A stretch of DNA of 37,366 nt from a virus (taxonomy: Duplodnaviria > Caudoviricetes): positions 1 to 37,366 of the IMG/VR virus record IMGVR_UViG_3300020431_000017; one strand, 5' to 3'. Shown one piece after another: positions 27,906 through 34,937 of this stretch. The notes below the pieces were generated by a model that worked only from the letters and a program-made list of their open reading frames with translations, did no database searches and was not told where the DNA came from. The translations under genes and the position numbers were made by a program. The stretch's first letter is position 1, and the number at the start of each line of letters is the position of its first letter.

Positions 27906-28846
27906 TACTCCTCAGCAAGTTTTTGGAAGTATGACAGAGCATCATCTTCATCAGAGTCAACAGACTTGGAAGAACTTAAAGAATTTAATTGAGCACTGAC
28001 ATCTTCAGGAAGTTCAGACTTTTGTGAACGAGAAGAAAAATCTGGACTATAAGATCCACGATCATTATCTTCGTTGTTAGTCTCCTCATCATAACGTGGT
28101 GGTGCAGACTTCTGACCCAGAACCATCTTCAAACGTGTCTGTAGTTGTTCATAAGATTTGAACTGATCAGCACCAGTAAGAGCAGTCAATGAATACTGCT
28201 TGTTCCACAATGCTTCTAGTGCATCATCATCATCTAGAAGTGGAGAAGGACGATCAAATTCAGATGCATCGTAGTTCCAATAGCCATCCTTCTTCTTCAA
28301 CTTCAACTTGAAGTTAGCACCAACCCAAAAGTCAAATGGATTGATAGCAGTTTCATCTTCAAACTCAGGTTGCATTGCTTCCATGATTTTATCAAAGATC
28401 TTCTTACCAAATTTGTAGAGGAAGACTTTGCCTTCGTTCTGAGGATTTGCTTTATCCTGCACAACATAGATGTTTGTATAATATGACAGTTTACGCTTCT
28501 GCTTACGTACAGTTTCTTTGTCAGCATCGCTACCACTGTTCCACAGTTCACGATTGTATTCACCAAGAGGATCTTTCTGACCAATAGTAGTCAGAGAGTT
28601 TTCAATATACCATCCGCCAGGACCTTGGAAGGCGTGAGAGTACATCTTTGCCCATGGAATATCTTCTCCATCAGGAGAAGGAAGGAAGCGGATAACAGCA
28701 TAACCATTACCAGTCTTATCCATCTCAGGTTTCCAGAGACGATCATCGCCTCCACTAGAAGTATTGTTCATCTTCTCAACTTCTTTTACCAATTTAGAAG
28801 TGAGAGAACCAAGAGAGGACTGTTTTTTAAGATTTGAAAAAGACAT
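27905..28846 (-). CDS. gp32: Single-stranded DNA-binding protein gp32
   Basis: DDRLWKP..DK.GNGYAVIRFLP..HAFQGPGGWYIENSLTT..GKVFLYKFGKKIFDKI..GANFKLK; acidic tail. Confidence 0.96.
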   Translation of the reverse strand: MSFSNLKKQSSLGSLTSKLVKEVEKMNNTSSGGDDRLWKPEMDKTGNGYAVIRFLPSPDGEDIPWAKMYSHAFQGPGGWYIENSLTTIGQKDPLGEYNRELWNSGSDADKETVRKQKRKLSYYTNIYVVQDKANPQNEGKVFLYKFGKKIFDKIMEAMQPEFEDETAINPFDFWVGANFKLKLKKKDGYWNYDASEFDRPSPLLDDDDALEALWNKQYSLTALTGADQFKSYEQLQTRLKMVLGQKSAPPRYDEETNNEDNDRGSYSPDFSSRSQKSELPEDVSAQLNSLSSSKSVDSDEDDALSYFQKLAEE

Positions 28847-28893
28847 AAGATTTTTTTAGATTGTTTAGATTTGGCTTGTGTGAGTACTTCGAT

Positions 28894-28922
28894 ATTCTAT
28901 ACGGTATCGTCTGTGTTGTCAA
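28894..28922 (-). promoter_or_regulatory. sigma70-type promoter for gp32
   Basis: TTGACA(28922-28917)-17 bp-TAGAAT(28899-28894), inside the 3' end of the upstream gene. Confidence 0.8.
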
Positions 28923-29241
28923 TTTGAGTTTTCATAATGTTTAGCATTTTAGACATATTATTAAATACGGTTGACATGTCAACATTTGATGGCAACCCCA
29001 TCAGTTTAGCAGATTCAACAATACGATTTTTCATTTCAATAGCTTCTGGATCTTCTGATAAACTCAATCTAGCATAAAGAATTTTTTGCTTATCTAAAAG
29101 TTTTTCCAAGAGATTTACATGTTTTGTCTTTTGAGATGCGCTCATAGAAGAGAATACAAAAACATTTCTGTAAACTTCATCTTGAAGTTCACTGATTTCA
29201 GTCATCTCTGCACGAACAAGTTCAGAATCAAAAAAACTCAT
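28897..29241 (-). CDS. DUF1825-like protein
   Basis: MSFFDSELV..LLDKQKILYARLSLSEDPEA..M pattern recalled from the cyanobacterial/cyanophage DUF1825 family. Confidence 0.75.
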   Translation of the reverse strand: MSFFDSELVRAEMTEISELQDEVYRNVFVFSSMSASQKTKHVNLLEKLLDKQKILYARLSLSEDPEAIEMKNRIVESAKLMGLPSNVDMSTVFNNMSKMLNIMKTQIDNTDDTV

Positions 29242-29840
29242 TTACCCTCCAGAACAATACCCTTAAGAACTTTTTTATATCGAAATACATCTATATGTAG
29301 GAATGGAGAATACTTAGATATTCTTCTAGATATCTGATCCCATACAGGATCTGACATTTTTTTATCAAACTTAGATTTATATGCAAGTATTCTATCAAGA
29401 ATGACAAGTGTTTCAATAGAAACTTTATTTTTTAAATACTGTTTTACTAATTGTGGATGTTGACCACCATTAATAGCAAACATTTCGTCAAAGTTTTTAT
29501 TTAAAAAAAGAAAATCTATTTCATTTTTAAAATTGTAAGATAAAGATTGGGTTCTTTTTTGCCAATCTTTAAAATTTTTATCTCCATACTTTATAATATC
29601 AGCCATGTATAGAGACTCAGGATTTTCACAACTTACAAAGTTGGCAACAAAGAATTTTTCAATTTCTTTATTATCATGCTGTCTTGACATTTTTTCAAAA
29701 AAGAATCTATCTCTTCTTTTATAAAATGCATCTAAGGATGCTCTACATCTCCCATTAAAACGAATGTAATCATACGAATCTTTGGTGAAATGAGATTTCA
29801 TTGCAAGGTATGTTTTATAGCACTCAAAAGGCATCATCAA
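29238..29840 (-). CDS. gp59: Helicase loader gp59
   Basis: YKTYLAMKSHFT..YDY..G..F.KRRDRFFFEK..FFVANFV..ISIETLVILD. Confidence 0.9.
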   Translation of the reverse strand: MMMPFECYKTYLAMKSHFTKDSYDYIRFNGRCRASLDAFYKRRDRFFFEKMSRQHDNKEIEKFFVANFVSCENPESLYMADIIKYGDKNFKDWQKRTQSLSYNFKNEIDFLFLNKNFDEMFAINGGQHPQLVKQYLKNKVSIETLVILDRILAYKSKFDKKMSDPVWDQISRRISKYSPFLHIDVFRYKKVLKGIVLEGK

Positions 29841-29851
29841 AAAGTATTATT

Positions 29852-30109
29852 TTATATTGGCAATTTTGCTCTGGAACTTCTCTTCAAAAAATTAAGTTCC
29901 ATTGCTTCACATTTTATTTTATCCTTTAAAGGTTTTGAAATTAGTTTTGGAACAGACTCTACATCAATTTTATTTAATTCACAAAAGTGAACAATAGCAT
30001 CGATGTAGCTCATGTTGTCAGTGTCATGCACAAGAGATTCTATTTCTTGTGCGAATCGAGAGGGGCAAAAGAATTTACTTTCTAATACTTTTTCTAGTTC
30101 ATTCTCCAT
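29852..30109 (-). CDS. gp33: Late-transcription coactivator gp33
   Basis: FAQEIE..SYIDAIVHFCE..ID.ESVPKLISKPLKDKIK.EA..LNFL; start trimmed to MENELEK (30109). Confidence 0.9.
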   Translation of the reverse strand: MENELEKVLESKFFCPSRFAQEIESLVHDTDNMSYIDAIVHFCELNKIDVESVPKLISKPLKDKIKCEAMELNFLKRSSRAKLPI

Positions 30110-30782
30110 TCTCTGTCCTAAGATTGTGAGATACAAATTCTTTAATATATCGAACCAATAACTTAATATAATCCCCTTTGTTTCTTTTGTCAAATACTTC
30201 AACCTCACCACTAGGAGTAACCATAATAGTGATAAGTTTTTTGATGGGGATACCAGTCAGTTCATAATAAGCAGTTGCATAAAACATTTCTTGAACGAAA
30301 TAATTTTCTAACCACTTTTCTGGTTTAATTTTATCAGAAGTTTTAAAGTCAATGACTGCAAGTTCTCCTTCGTACTCTCCAATACAGTCAACTCTACCAG
30401 CTAAACCAAGATACTCTGAGTATAAAGTTCTTTCAATAGCATGTATATTATTTATCTTATCTAGATATGGTTTAGCATGATGAAACATGAACTGAGTAAG
30501 AGGACGAAAGTCATCCCAGTTAATGTCTTTGTTCAACATATAAAGTTCAGTTGCGGCATGGAAATCTGTTCCACGAGAAGTTGCTCTTTTAGTAATACGA
30601 TTTGCTTCTTCAATGCCAACACGCTTACGCCACTTTACAAAGATCTGTCGATTGTAAAAAGAAGTTACGGATGTAATAGAAGGCACCCACTGTCCATCTG
30701 GAAGATTGTACAAGCGGATGCCATTTGTTTCTTTTTTGTTTAGTTCAAGATCACCGAGATAATTATGATGAGTGAAGTTCAT
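30099..30782 (-). CDS. PD-(D/E)XK exonuclease (Cas4/RecB-like)
   Basis: PSITSV..RGTDFH..E..LYS..LAGRVDCI..AVIDFKTS..YFVQ..Y. Confidence 0.88.
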   Translation of the reverse strand: MNFTHHNYLGDLELNKKETNGIRLYNLPDGQWVPSITSVTSFYNRQIFVKWRKRVGIEEANRITKRATSRGTDFHAATELYMLNKDINWDDFRPLTQFMFHHAKPYLDKINNIHAIERTLYSEYLGLAGRVDCIGEYEGELAVIDFKTSDKIKPEKWLENYFVQEMFYATAYYELTGIPIKKLITIMVTPSGEVEVFDKRNKGDYIKLLVRYIKEFVSHNLRTENGE

Positions 30783-31534
30783 TCAATAGTTTCCATTTTA
30801 GCAATTAAGTATTCTTTACAGAGTCCAGACCTAACAATATCTTCAACACCAAATTCAATGATGTCAACTGATGGCATAACTCTAAGTATTTTCATAAAAT
30901 CAGCAATTCCAGTTTTCTCAGAAGACTTTACAAGATCAGATTGAGTGGCATCACCACAGAACATAATCTTACTGTTCTCTCCTATCCTTGTGATTATACT
31001 ATCAAGTTCATGGAAATTCAAGTTCTGAAATTCATCAACGATGATGACTGCATTATCAAGAGTTGTGCCACGAATGAAAGAAGTAGACCAAAAACTAATT
31101 GTGCCCTGAGTTTTTAGATTACCATATAACATTTCAAAGTCTGACTCTGTTGGAAGTTCAAACATATACTTCACCATATTCTTATAAGGAATTTGATAAA
31201 GAGAAGACTTATCCTCATGGTCTCCAGGTAAGAATCCAATCTCTCTGGTTGCTACAAGAGACCTGACAATGTAGATCTTCTCATAAGGAGTCTTAGGGTC
31301 AAGAACATCTCTAAGAGCATTGTAGAGGGTTACAAAGGTCTTTCCAGTACCCGCACACCCATAAGCAACAATGTTTTGATCATTTTTATAACAACGAAAA
31401 AGTTCTTGTTGGTTTTCTGTTAGAGCCTCGATGGGTTTCATCAAGTCTGCATTGATTGGTTTCTTTCTTTTCATATGCTTGTTGCTCATCCCGAATGGGA
31501 CTACTGGTGTTTGAGACTTTCTTTTTGAGGTCAT
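30779..31534 (-). CDS. phoH: PhoH-family ATPase
   Basis: GCAGTGKT Walker A, IGFLPG, FIRGTTL, IIVDEFQN, GDATQSDL, DIVRSGL. Confidence 0.95.
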   Translation of the reverse strand: MTSKRKSQTPVVPFGMSNKHMKRKKPINADLMKPIEALTENQQELFRCYKNDQNIVAYGCAGTGKTFVTLYNALRDVLDPKTPYEKIYIVRSLVATREIGFLPGDHEDKSSLYQIPYKNMVKYMFELPTESDFEMLYGNLKTQGTISFWSTSFIRGTTLDNAVIIVDEFQNLNFHELDSIITRIGENSKIMFCGDATQSDLVKSSEKTGIADFMKILRVMPSVDIIEFGVEDIVRSGLCKEYLIAKMETIE

Positions 31535-31556
31535 ATGCTATAAGAGATTGGAAGGA

Positions 31557-31805
31557 TTAACCGTAGTATCGGTTTTTGCTGATGTTTGCACCTGGTTGTC
31601 TAGATGCACGATCTAAGACTTCATTCCATCCATTGGAATTAGCCTCACCAGTCCACTTAAACTCAGTAGATTGTCCTGCACATCCTTCCGACCAGTCTTT
31701 ATCCCATCCAGGATTCTCATCCTTCCACTCCGAATATGCCTTCATAGACATATGAAGTTCTTTCTTTTCTTTTGTTTCTAAATTAATAACAGGGTATGTT
31801 GGCAT
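31557..31805 (-). CDS. Hypothetical protein (MPTYP.. type, resembles a Cys-less FmdB-like N-terminus)
   Basis: 82-aa ORF between thyX and phoH; CATAAATA motif at 31826-31833 upstream. Confidence 0.75.
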   Translation of the reverse strand: MPTYPVINLETKEKKELHMSMKAYSEWKDENPGWDKDWSEGCAGQSTEFKWTGEANSNGWNEVLDRASRQPGANISKNRYYG

Positions 31806-31828
31806 AGTTCAATTGTTGGTGTAAATAT

Positions 31829-32476
31829 TTATGAAACCCATTCCATTGCTTCGGCAACAGCAGGAAATTGTTCACAGAAGATTCTCTTTGCTCCCAGTGC
31901 AAGATCCATATGTTCCTTCTGTGTACCATTTGCAGAACGCAGATCAATATAATGAATCCATGAACGAACTGATCCTGTCATGTAGATTTTGGTGGGACAT
32001 GCTAAAGGAAGTACAAAACGAGCACACTCCTTTGCAACTCCACGTTCAAGCATCTGCTGATATAATGCCATAGAAGAATCGAAGAGAGTTTTCATCTGCA
32101 TCTCTAAACTCTGGACAGTAAAGGGATCCAAATCATCAGTAGAATTCTGACGATTCTTGGTATCTTGCCTACGAAGTTTTGGCAGAGGGATCTCTGATCC
32201 TAATAAAGAACTATCTGCATATCGTTGTGAAAATTCTTGATATGTAAATGATCGATGGCGGAGAACTTGAGCTGCAATTCCTCTAGTAGTATTCAACTCC
32301 AGAGTCATATATGCCTGCTCAAAGATACTCCAGTGTTGATGCTTCACACAATACTTAAGGAGTCCAGAAAACTTTTCATTCTCTTGATTATTTGGATTAC
32401 TTACTCTTGCACAGTATGCCATGTGCTTCTCTGCATCAGGAGTTACGCTGATCAGTTTTACGTTGTTCTCGCTCAT
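31829..32476 (-). CDS. thyX: FAD-dependent thymidylate synthase ThyX
   Basis: ARVSNP, HWSIFE, QVLRHRSFTYQEFSQRYA (RHRX7S motif), ECARFVLP, GSVRSWIHY, TQKEH; probable start MSENN. Confidence 0.96.
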   Translation of the reverse strand: MSENNVKLISVTPDAEKHMAYCARVSNPNNQENEKFSGLLKYCVKHQHWSIFEQAYMTLELNTTRGIAAQVLRHRSFTYQEFSQRYADSSLLGSEIPLPKLRRQDTKNRQNSTDDLDPFTVQSLEMQMKTLFDSSMALYQQMLERGVAKECARFVLPLACPTKIYMTGSVRSWIHYIDLRSANGTQKEHMDLALGAKRIFCEQFPAVAEAMEWVS

Positions 32477-32633
32477 CAAGTGCCTCATTAATAATTTCTT
32501 TTAGTTCTCGTCTTTCTAAATCAGTAAAGACATTTCTTTTTGGTGCCACCAATGGTGGATAGAATTTCTTTGATGATGTTTTACCACTACTAGGAACACT
32601 CATCCCCTGCGTATCTATCTTATCCATCATCAT
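32436..32633 (-). CDS. Hypothetical protein
   Basis: MMMDKIDTQGMS..ELKEIINEALDER; start overlaps the upstream ORF stop. Confidence 0.6.
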   Translation of the reverse strand: MMMDKIDTQGMSVPSSGKTSSKKFYPPLVAPKRNVFTDLERRELKEIINEALDEREQRKTDQRNS

Positions 32634-32796
32634 CCTCAAATACTTCATCGTAATCTAAAATATAACCAGCACCAGGATCATTAAAGTTTTCTTGATTAGT
32701 CTTATATGCATTTGTATCTGAACAAACTTCAGAATCAAGAGCATCAACAAGTAGTTTTAAATTCCTTACTATTAATTTAAGTTTTTCCTTATCCAT
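32620..32796 (-). CDS. Hypothetical protein (58 aa, acidic tail)
   Basis: Not in ORF track: MDKEKLKLIVRNLKLLVDALDSEVCSD...DYDEVFEDDDG*; directly downstream of a perfect sigma70 promoter. Confidence 0.8.
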   Translation of the reverse strand: MDKEKLKLIVRNLKLLVDALDSEVCSDTNAYKTNQENFNDPGAGYILDYDEVFEDDDG

Positions 32797-32817
32797 ATTC
32801 TAAAAGATTGTCAAATA

Positions 32818-32846
32818 ATTATACGCATAAAAAAGGGGGTTGTCAA
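32818..32846 (-). promoter_or_regulatory. sigma70-type early promoter
   Basis: TTGACA(32846-32841)-17 bp-TATAAT(32823-32818), perfect consensus. Confidence 0.9.
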
Positions 32847-32850
32847 CCCC
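32829..32850 (-). terminator. Intrinsic terminator overlapping the -35 box
   Basis: GGGGTT-GAC-AACCCC-CTTTTTT. Confidence 0.7.
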
Positions 32851-32861
32851 ACCTAAAAGAA

Positions 32862-33044
32862 TTAGTTTAACATCCTCCTACATACACGCTTACATATAGA
32901 TTGTTTATCATCGCATTCAATTAAACAATCATAATAATCGTTCAACAAATCACAATTATCTATTGATTTGTCTATTGTTCTTTCAAGTTTTAAAACATTT
33001 TGTTTCCATCCTTCCAGCTGATTGTGAGAAATTAGGTTATGCAT
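32862..33044 (-). CDS. Hypothetical protein with C-terminal Cys cluster
   Basis: MHNLISHNQLEGWK..YYDCLIECDDKQSICKRVCR; GGAGG RBS 5 nt before ATG at 33044. Confidence 0.75.
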   Translation of the reverse strand: MHNLISHNQLEGWKQNVLKLERTIDKSIDNCDLLNDYYDCLIECDDKQSICKRVCRRMLN

Positions 33045-33196
33045 AATATCCTCCAAAAATTAATTTACTCATAATAAAAATCTACTTAGTTACACTTTGC
33101 TCAACTCTCCAATTCTATCATTATATATACAATTTGTCTTCAAATCCATACAATTGAGAAACAAAAATTTATGCCTACTAGTTTATACTCAGACAT

Positions 33197-33222
33197 AAAA
33201 AATGAGAGGTTTCCCTCTCATT
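33197..33222 (-). terminator. Intrinsic terminator of the riboswitch/DUF4278 unit
   Basis: AATGAGAGG-GAAA-CCTCTCATT-TTTT, perfect 9-bp stem with GNRA loop. Confidence 0.85.
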
Positions 33223-33246
33223 TAACACTATTCAATTTTTTAAAAC

Positions 33247-33414
33247 TTACTTTACGTAAGTACGACCACGATAGCAGAAAGTCCCGTGAGACTCTTTGCT
33301 TTCTACACAACGAGTAGCATACTCAACACCACGATATGAGGTGTGAAGAACTTGTGCGTCGTGAATAGCAGATGCTTTGTTGATCTGCTTCTTGATCATG
33401 TTTAGTGTATTCAT
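33247..33414 (-). CDS. DUF4278-like small protein (55 aa)
   Basis: Not in ORF track: MNTLNMIKKQINKASAIHDAQVLHTSYRGVEYATRCVESKESHGTFCYRGRTYVK*; two YRGxxY motifs; AGGAG RBS. Confidence 0.8.
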   Translation of the reverse strand: MNTLNMIKKQINKASAIHDAQVLHTSYRGVEYATRCVESKESHGTFCYRGRTYVK

Positions 33415-33447
33415 TGTAGGTACTCCTAAAGTAGTTGGATTTTAATC

Positions 33448-33673
33448 CGTTCCTTTAGTCGTTTGCGTCCCATGGATAGCACTCAGGTGTAGATTCCTTA
33501 ACGGTCTCTACTAACTCTACCTTAAAAGCATCAGAGAGATTCTCGTTTGCTTTCATCTTCAGGATAATTCCATCAGCTTGTTGGCAGGTGAGTGATGAAT
33601 ATAAAAGAAATTCAATCATGGGATCAACGGTTCCGTTGCGCGACTTACTTGCGTCCGATATCTCGGATGAACG
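33448..33673 (-). ncRNA. Glutamine riboswitch (glnA-type), apparently double/nested aptamer
   Basis: CGTTCA-[TCCGA GATA TCGGA]-CGCAAGTA-AGTCG ... CGACT-AAAG-GAACG follows the glnA aptamer layout (P1 CGUUC/GAACG, P2, loop-E AGUA, P3); upstream of a DUF4278-like gene. Confidence 0.75.
33455..33619 (-). CDS. Small protein (54 aa) embedded in the riboswitch
   Basis: Not in ORF track: MIEFLLYSSLTCQQADGIILKMKANENLSDAFKVELVETVKESTPECYPWDAND*; its start and stop codons lie in riboswitch helices. Confidence 0.65.
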   Translation of the reverse strand: MIEFLLYSSLTCQQADGIILKMKANENLSDAFKVELVETVKESTPECYPWDAND

Positions 33674-33681
33674 ATAGGTCT

Positions 33682-33710
33682 ATTATAGACCTCATAATCT
33701 ATTTAGTCAA
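33682..33710 (-). promoter_or_regulatory. sigma70-type promoter of the riboswitch transcript, with overlapping late-like ACTAAATA
   Basis: TTGACT(33710-33705)-17 bp-TATAAT(33687-33682); predicted +1 near 33675, immediately before the aptamer. Confidence 0.85.
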
Positions 33711-33721
33711 GTGTCTTCGTA

Positions 33722-33964
33722 TCAACACGAACATATGTAATTATGTTTATTCAAATAATGCAATGTTTCCTTGAGACCACCACGATGCTTCAGTCCAATA
33801 GAGATTTGTGGATACTCTGCATTACCACCAAACTCAGCATGAAATTGATTATCTGTAAAATCTTTATCCAAGAAGTATTCATGAAAATCTTCGTGAATAC
33901 TTTTCAGGAGCATACAAGCTCTTTCACACTCTTGACTACCGTTACTATAAATTACTGCTTGCAT
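33722..33964 (-). CDS. Glutaredoxin-fold protein with degenerate active site (SQEC)
   Basis: AVIYS..SQECERA..LL..F..EFG..A.YPQI.IG..H.GGL.ET parallels the CPYC glutaredoxin at 36262. Confidence 0.7.
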   Translation of the reverse strand: MQAVIYSNGSQECERACMLLKSIHEDFHEYFLDKDFTDNQFHAEFGGNAEYPQISIGLKHRGGLKETLHYLNKHNYICSC

Positions 33965-34284
33965 TAGTCTCTCTGTCTCCAGTCATCAGGTTTGTCTTGG
34001 TGAAACCAACTTTTAATATCGTCAGCATCAGTAAATCCCTTCTTATGGTTGGATGGATCGGGATCTCCTAAACCCATCCTATTCAGAAAATCGTCTGTAC
34101 TACCCTCTTCAATATCTTGAGATGCTTGGCGTCTTGCCATTTTTAACATCTCATTAGCAGATGTATTTGCTTTAGCAAGTTTCTGTGCCCAGATCATATC
34201 ATCTAGTTTTACATCTTCATTATTTGCGATACATTTACAGATAAACTCCAGTTTGAGTCGGTATTTTGTAGACAGCATATGCAT
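33964..34284 (-). CDS. Hypothetical protein
   Basis: MLSTKYRLKLEFICKCIA..DMIWAQKLAKAN..DDFLNRMGLGDPDP..DWRQRD; tight packing with neighbours. Confidence 0.8.
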   Translation of the reverse strand: MHMLSTKYRLKLEFICKCIANNEDVKLDDMIWAQKLAKANTSANEMLKMARRQASQDIEEGSTDDFLNRMGLGDPDPSNHKKGFTDADDIKSWFHQDKPDDWRQRD

Positions 34285-34299
34285 TTCCTGCTGGTATAT

Positions 34300-34578
34300 T
34301 TATTTCAAAGGATTTCCATGCTTATCAATTAATCCAAGTTTCCTAACTTGAGACAAATTTGATTTATTACTTCTCTTTATCTTCTTATATTCTTTAATAA
34401 TTTTATCAATTTCATTTTGAGATATATTGACTTTCAGTTCTTTATCATCGTCACTCAATACAAATCCAACACCAGATTTACTTGTCTCATCTTTAGCATC
34501 AACATACTCATTGATAACTTCTTGAATCTCATCTTTAATCAATTCATTAATTTGATTTTTAATTTGATCTTCATTCAT
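34300..34578 (-). CDS. Hypothetical protein
   Basis: 92-aa ORF with ATGA coupling to the upstream ORF. Confidence 0.7.
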   Translation of the reverse strand: MNEDQIKNQINELIKDEIQEVINEYVDAKDETSKSGVGFVLSDDDKELKVNISQNEIDKIIKEYKKIKRSNKSNLSQVRKLGLIDKHGNPLK

Positions 34579-34937
34579 TTTCTTTTCTTCTCCTTTTCCC
34601 TTTTTGGTTTATTACCCCAAAGTTTAGGATTGATTGACCCATACCCAAAATCAATTCTTTGCACAGAACCTTTACCATATCGATCATAATACATATCAAA
34701 CATCTTTGATACCTTATTGCAACGAGTAAGGTCTACACACTTTACTCCATCAACAATATACCAGACAAGTCTTGCATCTGTAGGAAACGATTTATCATTT
34801 GCAATTTCAATCGTTGTCTTCTCAAGAAGAATCTGACAATCATAATCAGATGGATTAATTCCAATTTCCTCTGACCCATAATTGGCCATTTCTTTTTCCT
34901 CTGTTTTTTTAGGACGTTCGTCTAATTGACTTGTCAT
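34575..34937 (-). CDS. Hypothetical protein
   Basis: Probable start MTSQ (TGATG overlap); FDMYYDRYG..IDFGYGSINPKLWG. Confidence 0.75.
   Translation of the reverse strand: MTSQLDERPKKTEEKEMANYGSEEIGINPSDYDCQILLEKTTIEIANDKSFPTDARLVWYIVDGVKCVDLTRCNKVSKMFDMYYDRYGKGSVQRIDFGYGSINPKLWGNKPKREKEKKRK

Noticed and set aside
30110-30211. N-terminal extension of gp33 in the ORF track
   Set aside because: Lies within the exonuclease gene; the recognisable gp33 begins at MENELEK
30099-30782. Cas4-like nuclease suggesting a CRISPR system
   Set aside because: No repeat-spacer array or other cas genes seen; a stand-alone exonuclease next to phoH is ordinary in T4-like cyanophages
33719-33732. NtcA-like site GTA-N8-AAC upstream of the riboswitch promoter
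   Set aside because: One mismatch, and centred near -50 rather than -41.5; could easily occur by chance in AT-rich DNA
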